This document shows, in pieces, positions 24,162-37,479 of a stretch of DNA of 64,000 nucleotides. The position numbers and the translations under genes are program-made. The stretch is from Octopus vulgaris. Lineage: Eukaryota. The notes beneath the pieces are model-generated. The model did not search any database and was not told the origin of the DNA. It saw only the letters and a list, made by a program, of their open reading frames with translations. Each line of letters starts with the position of its first letter. Position 1 is the stretch's first letter. The stretch spans positions 139,438,001-139,502,000 of the forward strand of contig OX597817.1 in assembly GCA_951406725.2 (NCBI GenBank), in the 5' to 3' direction.

Positions 24162-24572
24162 GGATCTTTTCGGTTTGACCAGTAGTTTTTTCTAGCGGTG
24201 TCATATGAAATTGTCACCCATAATTATGACCCTAGTAACGATCTATTGCATTTCAATCTGTTTTAGGGTTATGGGGTGGGTGAAGGGTATCTTTTTTTCT
24301 TCAGAAATGTAAATAAACCCAATCTGTTTCTTAAACGAGGGATATATTCATACGGCACAGAATGTTTTCACCTCATTAGACGTCATTGATTGGTTGAAAT
24401 TGCAGAAATTGAAGAAAAAAAACAACAAATATCTTACAAACTATAGAATTTTCTCAATAAAGCCAAGAGAAAAAGATGTTTTATAAACACATTCTACCAA
24501 TATATGAAGTTTAAAAGTGTTTAGTTACGTGGAAATTATTTTAAAAAACTGCCGATCAAACTGAAAAGATCC
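24162..24572. mobile_element. Non-autonomous DNA transposon with GG termini and an 8-bp TSD (Merlin- or hAT-like)
   Basis: TIRs ggatcttttcggtttga / tcaaactgaaaagatcc; perfect TSD TATCATGA at 24154-24161 and 24573-24580. Confidence 0.85.
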
Positions 24573-25265
24573 TATCATGACAACATCACTAGGGCCAATG
24601 ACATAACAAAAAGCACCCAGTACACACTGTAAAGTGGTTGGCATCAAGGAGGACATGCAGCTGTAAAAATCATTCCAAAGCAGACATTGGAGCTTGATGC
24701 AGTTCTTGGGCCCATTGGATCCTTGTCGAACTGTCTAACCTCTTCTAGCTTGGAACAGGGATATTAAATAATGATGATGATATGCATCTTGGAAAGGAAA
24801 GGACACATTGCATAATGTGGTCCTACATACTTTGTAAAGCTTGGGCAGTCATAGCTGGAGTAGGATGACTAAGTCAGGTCTGGCCTGTGGTTAAACAGTA
24901 ACAACAGCAACAACCCTCTGCATCAAAACATTGCAAATGACATTTCTTTTATTGTTATCCTGGATGCCAGTTGTCAAATTACCAAAGGAGGCATACAAAT
25001 ATATTATTTAGAACTTTGGTTGGCTTTTGAAAATATATTTAACAACAGTAACTCTTACTGGCACCAAACAATGAACAATTTGCAGTATACCAAAATCTCT
25101 AATTACTCATATTTAACAGCAGAAACTTTTACTGGCACCAAACAGGAGACATTTTAGACTATCCTAAAATCTATCCCCACCCATTAAATTGGTTCTCCTT
25201 AAGATCATCCTGATAATTTTAAATGTAAACACAATTCTTAATTAATCCTTTTCTTTGGGTTACAG

Positions 25266-25296
25266 CCATATTTGGATCCTCTGACATTCCAGATTG
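25266..25296 (+). CDS. APEH: APEH 31-nt exon
   Basis: ttacag|TIFGSSDIPDW|gtaagt; matches APEH GSTDIPDW; phase 1 to 2. Confidence 0.94.
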
Positions 25297-25472
25297 GTAA
25301 GTATCAAACTAATCCACCCAATCTTCGTACTTCATTAATTATTATAATTATTATATTCCCTCATATTATCATATATATATATATATATAATTTAATGTTA
25401 AATAGGTATTGTTACCATTAATGATAATGATAATAATAAAGTGGTTCATTCGAAGTGTAGAGTTTATACACA

Positions 25473-25691
25473 ATGTAAGATTCCAATACCTTATGAGTAA
25501 GATCCAACAGTATTTAAAATTGGTCGTTCCAAGAACAAAATTTATACAGTGTTGTAGAGTCAAAGGTTTTTATTTAAAGGCACTTTAAATAAAAGCTTTT
25601 GACTCTACAACACTGTATACAAATTCTGTTCTTGGAACGATCAATTTTAAATACTGTTGGATCTTACTCATAAAGTATTGGAATCTTACAT
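25473..25691. repeat. Foldback with about 105-bp arms next to the hammerhead motif
   Basis: atgtaagattccaatac..agtgttgtagagtcaaag mirrored by ttttgactctacaacactg..gtattggaatcttacat. Confidence 0.88.
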
Positions 25692-25826
25692 ATATACCAT
25701 TCTGCCTAAAAAATGGACTACATATTCAATATCCCTACATATCTCACATCTATTTTCTTTCCTCCAACTCATTCTCTATTTTGTATCCTATCTAAATTAA
25801 TTATTACTTAACCATCCTCTCACACC

Positions 25827-25878
25827 GTCTCCGATGAAGGGATATAATTAATAAATATTCTGGAAACAGCTGTAAGAC
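25827..25878 (+). ncRNA. Minimal type-I hammerhead ribozyme motif (U4C core variant)
   Basis: gtct-CCGATGA-agggatat..atattctg-GAAAC-agct-GTA-agac: 4-bp stem I, stem II, palindromic stem III, GUA triplet. Confidence 0.65.
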
Positions 25879-26059
25879 CTATCTATAAATGTTCTAATAT
25901 CTACACAGCCTTGGTTTTTAATCTCATTACGCAAAAAATCTGATTCATGACATCTCCTGCTTTTGTCTCTTTCTCTCTGTTTCGCCAGACACTCAACTCT
26001 CCAAGTGTTCAATTCCTGATCTCTCTTGCTTCTGCCTCTTTCCTTCTTGCATGCATTTC

Positions 26060-26500
26060 TGTTAATACCACACACATTCCAGTTAGTCCTACAGCCATCC
26101 TCATAATTCCATGCCCACCCCTGTTAATCCCTCCCCCTTTCCTATTAATCCTACACCCACCCCTGTTAATCCTACACCCACTCTTGTTGATCCTTTGAAG
26201 ATATCTGTTAATCCCAATCCCATTTCTATTAACCCCTGACCCGTCCCTGTTAATCACTCACCCACTCTTGTTGATCCTTGGACATCTCTGTTCATTCCAC
26301 ATTCAAGCCTGTTAATCTCCACACCCATTCCTGTTAATCCCAAACATATCCCTCTTAATCCCACACCCACCCATCCCTGTTAATTTCACTCCCACCCCTG
26401 TTAACCCCATACCCAGCTGTGTTAATCCCCACACTCTTTCTTGTTAATCCTCCACCCTTCCTTGTTAATCTCCATGCTCATCCCTGTTAATCCTCCACAA
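26060..26500. repeat. Degenerate minisatellite, unit about 22 bp (cctgttaatccYacacccac)
   Basis: About 20 imperfect units with a ctgttaatcc core. Confidence 0.85.
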
Positions 26501-26568
26501 CTCTTATTGCTTTCTATTTTTCTGGAGTTTTCTTCTTATTCGTTTCTTTCTTTGTTCCATATTTGCAG

Positions 26569-26671
26569 GGCTTTCGTTGAATGTGGTCTGGATTTCAAAC
26601 ATGGCAAAGTTGCTGACATGGAAAGTTTAGAAACTTTCTGGAAGATGTCTCCAACTCGTTATGTTGATCAG
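26569..26671 (+). CDS. APEH: APEH exon
   Basis: ttgcag|AFVECGLDFKHGKVADMESLETFWKMSPTRYVDQ|gtgaga. Confidence 0.94.
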
Positions 26672-28118
26672 GTGAGAACAAGATTTCTATTCATCATCAT
26701 CATCATCATCATCATCATTTAACGTCCGCTTTCCATGCTGGCATGGGTTGAACGGTTTGACTGAGGACTGGTGAACCAGAAGGCTGCACCAGGCTCAATC
26801 TGATCTGGCAAGGTTTCTACTGCAGGATGCCCTTCCTAACACCAACCACTCCGTGAGTGTAGTAGGTGCTTTTACGTGCCACCAGCACAAGGGCCAGTCA
26901 GGTGGTTCTGGCAACGACCACACTCAAAAGGTGTTTTTACGTGCCACCTGCACAAGAGCCAGTCCATTGCCCTGGCAACAACTATTCATTTCTGAAAAAT
27001 TACTTTCCAACATCATTTAGTTTCTAAATGTTTTAGAAACTTAATATACAGTAATATCTTTTTCATTAAATGGGCAAAACTATTGTTTCTATTCAAAATA
27101 TTGTATGGTTTGTCATTTCTGGACAATTAAAAGTTACTGCAAATTTGTACCCTGTCTCTTTTCTTAATTTGTTAAAATCTAGTTAATAATTTAGTTGTTT
27201 TAGTTAGGAGCTACCAATATCCCACTCTACTTCATATCCTTAATGCCGTGTAACATGTGGGGTAATATAACTACAGGTCTCAAAGGGTACTCTAACTGTA
27301 CCCATGTCTCACATATGGTACCACAACCATAACCTCATGGCACAAAAACTTATTGCATATGATACTTTATTTATTTATTTTTTTCTTTACTACCCACAAG
27401 GGGCTAAACACAGAGGGGACAAACAAGGCCAGACAAACGGATTAAATCGATTACATCGACCCCAGTGCGTAACTGGTTCTTATTTAATCGAAAGGATGAA
27501 AGGATGAAAGGCAAAGTCGACCTCGGCGGAATTTGAACTCAGAACATAACGGCAGACGAAATACGGCTATGCATTTCACCCGGCATGCTAACGTTTCAGC
27601 CAGCTCGCCGCCTTGATACTTTATTTTTAATGACCAGCACAAAGGAGGATGGACACAGTGCTCATGGCCCTTTGTATTCTTTTAAAATACATCCCTTTTT
27701 GTTTCAATAAATTTCGAAATTAACGAAGAATTTATTAAGATAACTTTGTCATCATTAAGCTGGTTTTTAGAAGATAAATTAACGAGGAATTTTGATGGAA
27801 AGTTTTAGTTTAGATCACTTTAAGACAGAAGGTTTTGTATCATAGTCCCAGGTAGGTTACCACCAACAGGCTTCCATGCAGTTTCTATTTTGTTCATAGG
27901 TTATTTGGTAACCCAAAGCTATAGTAGAAGTGTTACTTAGTGGAAGTGAACCCCAAACACACAGGTAAACTTCTTAACCAGACAGCACAACCCTGCCTGT
28001 CTTGCACTAAAACCATTTCCACAACCAAAATTCTCGCTTCCATTTCTTACGTAATGTTTTCTTTACATATTTGTTTCTTTGTTTTTGTTGTTGTTATTTT
28101 ACTTGATTTCTTTTGCAG

Positions 28119-28225
28119 GTTATTACACCAACAATGTTCATGGTTGGCACTGCTGATCTTAGGGTCCCACCAAAATGTGCTCTTGAATACTACAAGGCTT
28201 TGAAAGCTCGTAAAATCCCTGTCAG
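28119..28225 (+). CDS. APEH: APEH exon with the catalytic Asp (DLRVP)
   Basis: ttgcag|VITPTMFMVGTADLRVPPKCALEYYKALKARKIPVR|gttggt. Confidence 0.95.
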
Positions 28226-29417
28226 GTTGGTTATTAGGATTCATTTCCTCATCCTGTACGAAATTTGATACAAGTTAAATTATAATTGCTGTATGTCTGC
28301 CATATTTTCTGATATTATCTGTGGTGGCAAAAGTATTTCTCGCAAAAGTTACCAGGGTCATGAGACAGTGCTCTTGTGTATATTATAGTAAGCCTCGTGC
28401 TCAACCCTGATGGTGCAGATCTATAATTAAAGACATCCCAGCCATGATCATCCTGTCTTTTATTCAAACATAAGTCTATCTAGAAATACATTTTTCAATG
28501 TGTTCTTCTTTTTCTAAGATGTTAAGGTATATATTTCTTTACTACCCACAAGGGGCTAAACATAGAGGGGACAAACAAGGACAGACAAACGGATTAAGTC
28601 GATTACATCGACCCCAGTATGTAACTGGTGCTTAATTTATCGACCCCGAAAGGATGAAAGGCAAAGTCGACCTCGGCTGAATTTGAACTCAGAACGTAAC
28701 AGCAGACGAAATATGGCTACACATTTCGCCCAGCGTTCTAATCTTTCTGCCAGCTCACCGCAGATGTTAAGGTATAGTTTAAGGGAAGTGTATCTACTAT
28801 ATTTAACAACCATGAAGAGGAAAATTACTATTTTTAAATCCCACACGAGATATTCAGCAACAGTACTTTGGAGTAAAGATTGTTTGCCAACATAGCATAG
28901 CAGTCCTGGTTTAGGACGAATGTTGCTTTAATTTAGCCCCAGGAGACATCGTCTCCAGCTGGCTATACGATCTGTGTTCTTATATTTTCGAACAAGGGAA
29001 TCTAGCACCCCCACCCAGCTCAAAACAATATCTGTGTATGTTGGCAAACAACCATGAAGAGGATCCCAAATTAATTGGTGTTTGTGTGTGTCACTCATGA
29101 AATATTGCCTTCCACAATAGCAACATTAACAGTTGATATATTATTATAAGAATAGTGGAATGGTAAAATGCTTTGGGTGGTAGGCAAAGTGCTTTTCAAT
29201 ATTTAGCTCAAATATCTCTGTTCCAAGTTCAAATTTTGCCAGGGTGAATTTTACCTCCCATTTTACTGGGGTCTTTACCATTCACTTTACCCTGCCCCCA
29301 AATATGTAGCTTTGTAACTATGCTAGAAATCAGTATTTCTGAGGTATTTTAATTAATTCACTCGTCATTCAATATTTCTGTTTAATTGATATTTCAATAT
29401 TTCCATCTTTACATCAG

Positions 29418-29520
29418 GTTTATGTCTTATACGGAAAATAGTCACCCACTGAACAAAGTCGACGCAGAAGCTGATGCCTTTGTCAACATTGTTTCCTGGT
29501 TTTGGTATTATATCTGTTGA
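29418..29520 (+). CDS. APEH: APEH terminal coding exon with the catalytic His and stop codon
   Basis: catcag|FMSYTENSHPLNKVDAEADAFVNIVSWFWYYIC*; TGA ends at 29520. Confidence 0.95.
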
Positions 29521-29643
29521 CCTATGAAACATTTTTTAAATTCCTGCTAATTCCTCTAGCAGCTTTATTGGTTTGCCAATTTCTTCCCTGCCCTACCTTT
29601 ACCCCCCTCCCTACTGAATCCTGCACCACCACCACCACTTCTC

Positions 29644-29664
29644 ATTAAACAAAAATGAAATAAA
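29644..29664 (+). terminator. Candidate APEH polyadenylation signals (ATTAAA, AATAAA)
   Basis: First hexamers after the stop codon, followed by T-rich tracts; usage unverified. Confidence 0.35.
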
Positions 29665-31319
29665 CTTGAGAAAATCTGTTTTATTCTTTACAAATAGTCC
29701 AAGTTGTTTATAACTGCTTAAAAGAGTTTTTTTTTTTTTTTTTGCAGTTTGATTTCAATTTTCCATTTGTTACAACCAGTAGTATATATATATGTATATA
29801 TATATATATATATTCTAATAATTGGTATGAAAGACTGTGTACTGTAAGCTTATTAAATGTATATATATATACACACACTCACACGTGTGTGTGTTTAAAG
29901 AGATATATACTCTCCTTTTCTACAGACACACACACTTGTCAATTATGGGTTTGTCACTTTCTTCATAGTGTTTCAAGAGAACAAGTTCTCAGAAAGAAAA
30001 AGCAAATGAAAAATGTTCAGTTGTCTTCTTCAAAGCAAGAATGTTATCTTTTTTCATCTCTTTTTGGTTTTTAATTTTTTTTTTTTAAACATTCATTTTC
30101 CATGTCAGCATGGATTAGATGGTTCTGAAATCTTGGATAATTCAATGAAATGTTGAAGTATTTTGACCGTTGAATGCCCCCCACCTCACTCATCTTGAAA
30201 TGAGAAAGTGTATTTTTCAACTAGGTTGACAAAGGTAATCTAGGTTGTATTCCTTGATTTGTGGCACAACACAAGACTGCTGAAAATAAATGTTTAAAAA
30301 AAAAAGAGAAAAATCCACATAAAATTTATTGAAATTTGTCACTAAATGGAATAATTTCTTGATGTTTTTTAAACAGTCTCTACTAATAATGGGTCCATTA
30401 TTCAAACTTTATCTTCTGCTGAATATTTCATAGGAATTCTGTTTTAAAATTAAGATACATTAAAAAACTTAATTTTCATTTACCTTTAATTCATGAGAAA
30501 AATATAACAAAAATTTAAATATTAATGTGTTTTTTAAAAGAAATTTATGTAAAAATCTTTTTGTTTGTGTGTGTATGTTCTTGTTTCCAACTGTTATAAA
30601 CTAGATTTTACTCAAAGGTATGATTAAAATATTTTTAAAGAGTAACTAAACTGTGTACATCTCAGAAATTCCTAATTAGTATATTGTTGTTATTAACTTT
30701 AGCTTTTAATAATCATAATTATAGTCTTTTTATTAAATGATATTTTCTGATACCATGTTTTATATGTTACAATTAAAGACTTTTAAAAGAAACCCTGTTG
30801 TGAGAGCTAACTAACAATGGTCGTTAAAATTCTAATATGTTTAATATTTGTGAGAAACTAATATTAATTGTGATCCTAATGTAATATAAATTTTGATAAA
30901 ATTCTTTTAGAAGTAGAAAACTGTATTTAATTATGAGATTTAATTATAGTTATCTCTTTAGTTTTATGACCAAATTTTACTGGTCTCAATGTTCTTTTCT
31001 TGTTTCACAACATCTCTTCATTAACATATTCAAAATATTTTTTATAATTTTTCCCAATCCTTTTCCCCATTTTCTGATCCATTTGTTGTGTTTAACCATT
31101 TCTTGCATTTGGTGACCTCTCTTCTGTATTGGCTTAGTTTTATCATGCTTGTCTTTAAAATCCCCCAACATTTTTTTTTTATAAGTGTTCATTTTATAAA
31201 ACCTACAAAATCAAAGTCATTATCTTAAAGATATTTGTAGTTTTTAAAGATGCTCCATATTTTAGTACAATACCACATGACTGGAAGAATTTCTATATAT
31301 ATATATAAATTCTTGTATG

Positions 31320-31350
<31 letters not shown>

Positions 31351-32743
31351 AGGCTCATTATTTTACTTATTCCTCTCCTCCTTACCCAGCCCAACACCCA
31401 GATACATTGAAGCACTTCAGTGTCATCAATTCAATTTTTCAGTGACTAATGCAGCCATGCAAATGGAAAATTATTGCCTAATTATAAGAAATTGTTAAAT
31501 ATTGATCTCTTGCATTGGCACAATCTCTACACTAAATACTAAGAACTGTGTTATATTCATTATATTGTTTTATGGGCAATTGATAGGGATTACACCTCAG
31601 GGCACAATGTTTTTTTTTACTAGGAATCTAGGGATAAGACCACGGGGTACCATATACAATTTTTATGGACAAGCTGTAGATATAAGAAATATACCTCAGG
31701 GTACATTTTGACAGACAATGGTAGTGATAAGAATTATACCTCAGGGAATCTACAAACTCAATGTTTACAAGTTTTACAAAGGAAGTATCTCAGTAAATTT
31801 CTATCAATTAATTATGTCTTTTTAATTACACTTACATATCGTTAAAATGGATCAATTCTATAAACTCAGAACAGTATTTTATAAAGTTCAGTATTTGTAC
31901 ATTGTACTGGTGGCACACCAAAATAATAATAATTATTATTATTAGAAGATAAATTAACAATCTTTTATTTAATAGCAATAAATATATATTTTTGCATATA
32001 TTTATTAAAAAAAAAAACCAAAGAGATTTTTTTTCAGAATGATTATTTTATCAGTTTAAAATTATTGGTTGTTAATTAATTGTTGCTGTTATATTAATTG
32101 AACAGATATCCCTCCCCACTCCTATCCCCATACTACAATAATGTCGTAATAGGAGAAATAGTTCAAATGACTTCAAAAGAATTTCAGGTTCATAAAACAC
32201 AAGACAAAAAAATTAATTAATTAATTAATTAAAAAAAGGAAACATTAATTTATTGATGGTACAAGCTGTTTTTAGATATTGCAAAAATATCCAAGATGGT
32301 CCAGAATTGTTGTAAAAACTATTGATTTTTGTTTTCTATTTACTCTCTAAAATTGAAAAATTAATACAATTTTATATATTGATATATTTTCAATGTTATT
32401 TTTATCTCAATAATATTCATTTGACTTCGATTGGTGATGTGACAGATATTTATTTGTATTACAAACTTGGGAAGTAAGAAGTAAGAAAAATCCTCAATGT
32501 TTATAATGAAATATCTCTAAGCAAACCAGAACAAGAAATCCTTTCTTAAAATTTAAGGGTCTTTAGGTAGAACCTATTATGGTAACATTACTCTCTGCTT
32601 CTCCATTAACAACAACAGAACCTTTCTGTATTTTATACAGAAATTGTTGCCATTCACTTGACAGAAGTAAATTTCTTGGCAACATTTTAAAAATATTTAT
32701 GGAACTGGTGGTTTTAGGGTTGAACTTAAGTCAGTGATTTTAA

Positions 32744-32971
32744 CCCTTTCATCACCATATTTATTTTGAGATGCTCTGTGTTTCTTTCAATTATTTTAAA
32801 TATAACAAAGAGTTTAGTAAAATAACTTAGTTATCATTAGGCTAGTGTTAGGAACATAAATTGTGACTAAGGTTTGGTGGAAGATTTTAATTCAAAACTT
32901 ATGAAAACACGATATTTCTCCTACAGAGCCAGAGCCAGAGCCAGTTTCAGCTGGGTTGGTAACGAAAAGGA
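32744..32971. mobile_element. piggyBac-like MITE
   Basis: TTAA-ccctttc ... gaaaagga-TTAA. Confidence 0.6.
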
Positions 32972-33181
32972 TTAAGCAAAAATTTTGTTGACAAATATAA
33001 TTACTCAGAAAACCTTGTGTTGAATGTGTTGGAAGTCTTAAACATTGGTTTATGAAGGACTGAGAGACATGTAAAAATAAATGCAACGAAATATGTACAC
33101 TAGATATAAGCACAAAATGCATGAATTGAGAGTTCAATATCTTATCTAGCCATTGGACCTCAAACTGTTTCTACTGTTTAA

Positions 33182-33401
33182 CCCTTTAGTGTTTAAACCG
33201 GCCACATCTGGCCCAAATATTCTACATGTTTTATATTTGAACTAGCCATATCTAGCCTCTCACACTTAACCTACATTGACATTCTAAAAATAAATATTCA
33301 CATCATTGAGATTTCAAAGCTATGAGATAATGTATGATTAATTCAAAACAATTTGAGTGAAAAAGCATTACATTTAACTGAATAATCTGAACACCAAAGG
33401 G
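33182..33401. mobile_element. piggyBac-like MITE (second family)
   Basis: TTAA-ccctttagtgtt ... aacaccaaaggg-TTAA. Confidence 0.7.
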
Positions 33402-34150
33402 TTAAATGAGGATAAATCTAATTAAGTAAGTAAGTTTGCAAATGATTTTAAAAGTGTTTTTAATCCTTGCATTCCCCAATTATGGGTCACTAGTTTAATA
33501 AAAAGAGCTGGACCTATCTGACCAAATTTATTCCTTCATACTGTCTCTTATATATATTTTACCCATTTGATTCTGGCCATTTTTTTTTTTATTATTTTAC
33601 TTCTTTTGATGATGATCTAAGGGGGCTTCAAGCAGTAATTCAACAAATATTTACTTTCTGTAAGCCCAACTGTTTGGATAACATCATAGTTATATTATAT
33701 TAAATGATCCCTTTTTTTTATTTATTTACAAAGGGAATTTGGTATTTTAACTAGAAATCTTCTGATCAATAGCCAACGAATACTACCATGTATATATTCC
33801 AAATGTTATATATATATATATATATAACATTTATACGCATGTGTGTGTGTGTATGTATACATATATATATAAAACATATACGTGTATGTCTGTGTATAAG
33901 TATATATATATATATATATACGCACACACACTCATAAAGTGATTAACTTCATCTTTAAGTCCCACCTCTTCTATCAGATTCTAACCTCAACTCTTTCTCA
34001 CATTTTCTAGAAATTTCTTGTTTCCTCCTCTCCACAACACCCAAGGCCTTTTACTTGCCAGATTTGTTGCCAAAAATAAAAGAATCCATAAAGTTTTAGA
34101 AATGAATCTTTTATTTTCAATATGTTAACTGCTTTTTATATATGTATTAC

Positions 34151-34229
34151 CAAATAATGACAATTCCTCCTTCCAAACTCCTGAACTGGCAAAAGGTGGC
34201 TACGAAAATCGAATTTTTGTTGGCTTCCC
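34151..34229 (-). CDS. Possible distal CDKL exon (tentative)
   Basis: ctgcag|GSQQKFDFRSHLLPVQEFGRRNCHYL|gtaata; phase-compatible with a 30-nt candidate exon at 34337-34366. Confidence 0.28.
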
Positions 34230-34773
34230 CTGCAGTTATTCTTTGTAAAATATAAGATTAATTGGTTCCAAAATGGCTATTTTTTTTCAACATTTTTTTT
34301 TTTTTTGTCTTTTGGTATTAACAATTCATAAATTACCTTGGTTCTTCCTGAATTACATTTTCAATGCTATACTTTATATCTTTATATAGTTTGTGATTCT
34401 ATATGCAGAGACGTGGAAGTGCTGAACACTTGTTTGTGAAATGAGTAGAGTCTGTTATATGTAAATTTCATTTATTTATGTGTCCAGCCCATGCCTTCAT
34501 GGAAAACAGACATTAAACAAGGATATATTTGTGTGTGTGTGTAATATATTCAAACATTGACTTTTGTTGAATGAATGAAGAGAGAACTCAATACATGTTG
34601 AAGAGTATGTTATTGATTTAAACTGAATTTTTTTTTCATGACTTGGGTTTCACACTACTGCAACTGTTGATCATACTTGCATGGTGATTGTAAACTTGTG
34701 TTTCAAGGAAGGAATTCACTTTAAATATACCATATATATGTATGCATGCATATATATATTTATGTATGCATGC

Positions 34774-34811
<38 letters not shown>

Positions 34812-35257
34812 CTTGTCCGTTAAATCTACACCTGGTTCATAAATATTAATTCCCAGATGGCATGAAATAATGTAAGTTGCAGTCTGATAAACATGGATTT
34901 AAGTGACTGTAATACATATGCATACATAACATGAACATACATATACACATACGTCTTAACATATGAACATTCTCATCGTTCTTGTTCATCCATCATTTTT
35001 GAAATTGACCAAAATTCTACATCTTAGGTACCACTGCATTAAAGAGCTTCAGAAACAGCGCATAGCTACATGAATAACTGGAGAGTCGACTAATCTCACC
35101 TCTATTACCCCCTCCATGTTTCATCATGAACTACAAAACTACTGAACTGCAATATTACATAATATATTGACTGCTGCAACAAAATGTTTGCCGTTTATTT
35201 GTGATTCCAAGAAGTCAGTCTGGACTTGGATTAGGAATGACTGCACCAGATAACTGG

Positions 35258-35301
<44 letters not shown>

Positions 35302-37479
35302 GACCTATGAGAAGCCGGGCCAGTATGAGTGGAGATATACTGGATATGCATCAGTATGTGCCAACCATGTTCTGAGGTACATGTGCTGCTGTGATGTGGT
35401 GATAGAAATTCAGTCTTCATATACAGAGAGAGAACTCCTTAAAGAATTTCACTGCCCACACTATTTGCTCCGGAGGTAGTACACTGTGACATAGAGACAG
35501 TTTGTGGAGCAAAAGGTGGAAGGTATGTACACAATGCTGAGAACTAGTGGCATATGAGCTGTCCTGTAAAGGAATTGGTACATCCCTTACCAAGGGTACT
35601 CTTCTTCCTCCCACACATCCACACCACATACATACACACTCACATATTCCAACTGGTTTGACAGTATTAGGCAGGCATTGGTGTCTACAGTTTCACACAC
35701 ATGGAATTGGGATATATTTCCTTTAAACACTTTTATCCTAAGAAATATAAAACAATCTTTGTATTGTACACTCATATGTTTAACATAATTGCTACTAAAT
35801 CTCTCTCTTTCTCTACCCCCCCCCCCTACAAAATAATCCACTCTGGACTTAAAGTTTGTTTGTACTAAAAGAAAGAAAATGACCATTGTTGCGGATTATA
35901 ACATTATTATTATTATATGAACTTTCATAAGGCAGCAATTTAGAGGAATCATTTGAGCATTGGACATAATGCACAGCAGCAACCAGTTACAGCTATTTGC
36001 ATACTGAGTTCAAATCCCACCAATGTCAACTTTGCCGTTCATTCCTCTGGGATTTGAACTCAGAAGAACCAATAAGTATTTTTCTGACACTAATGATTCT
36101 GCCATCTTGCTACCCTATTAATGGTTGTAAGACTTTCTAATTTTGGTACAAGGCCAGCAATTTTGAGGCAAGTGGCTAAGTCCCATTGCACAACTGGTAC
36201 TGATTTTATTAACCTCAAAAGGCTGAAACACTAAGTCAACCTCGACAGAATTTGAACTCAGACCATAAAGCACTTCAATCAGTGTGCTAATTGTTCTGCC
36301 TTCATCAACAATAATAATAATAATGTTTGTATGAAACCGTTGACTAAAACCAGACCTAAACATGACTTTCTTCGTGTGTGTGTGTGTTCAACAATGATAT
36401 TGACTAAAGTTTTCAGCAATTTCTAAAGTCTGCATTTTTGTTTCAATTCTCAGTTGGAAATGTTTCACTTCATAAATTATTCTGAGAAAGAGACACTCAT
36501 TTCAACTGCTCACTTTCTTTTGTCTGCTACTAAGGTTTTTATGCCTATGCAAGTAATAGGAAAACTTAATCCTTTGTTGTTGTTCTTGGAGTTCTTACTA
36601 ACCCCACCAGTCTTCTAATTTCTCTCCTTTCCCCCTAAATTTCCTAATGCCTTAAATAATAAATTGTTATTTAATCACGCCTTGTCTTTGACTTCTTTCT
36701 TTTGCTTGTGGTCTTTTTTTCTTTCTTAATGTTTTGTTTAATTAATAGGGCACCAGTTTGTGGTAAGTTGCATGAATTTTAGAATTGAGAGAATCACCCT
36801 GTTTCCATTTCATTATCTTCATTTTACAGTCTATTTGCCAAGTTGATATCAGCCAAATTGGTCACCTTAATCTGAGACAGTTTTAATTTGGAGTTCTTTC
36901 CCTCTTGAGTGAGACAAAGGTCCACATTCCACTTAAATGTTGACCTGGTTCCCATAGCTGGCTGCCCTTCCTATCACCAACCACATTAGCTTGTGTAATG
37001 GGTTCATTCTCTCATAGTGCCAGTACTGGAGAGGTTGTTATCTTTTTGGAAAGACTAAAATAGCTTCTACCCCTAGAATCATTTGCCTACCTCTCCACAG
37101 AATGTACTAGGTTCATTTTATCATGGCACCAGCATCAAAGAGCTTGGCTTGATCTGAAGAAAGGTAAAATGAGGAATGATATTGGTTGAAAATGTTGGCA
37201 CAAGGTCAGCAATTTCTGGGACGGAGTGTCAATTCCATCAATCCTTGTACACAGCTGCTTATTTTATCAACCAAAACAATGAAAGGTAAAGACAACTTTG
37301 GTTGAATTTCAACTCAGAACATTAAGATAGACGAAACATCACTAAACATTTTGACCACTCTGCCAATGATTCTGTCAGCTCATTGCCTTGGAATGAGGAA
37401 TGGTATTATTTGGTAAAACTACTATGAGTTTTTCTTTTTAAGCTACTACATGTTCAAATGGTGAGGCTGGTTAAAACTG

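Noticed and set aside
26060-26500. CRISPR-like periodicity (also 31570-31750 and 37480-38445)
   Set aside because: Degenerate tandem units without unique spacers, eukaryotic context, no cas genes
35417-35575. Acceptor-like site plus ORF on the minus strand as a CDKL exon
   Set aside because: Early stop in the required phase; the sequence looks like an eroded LINE C-terminus
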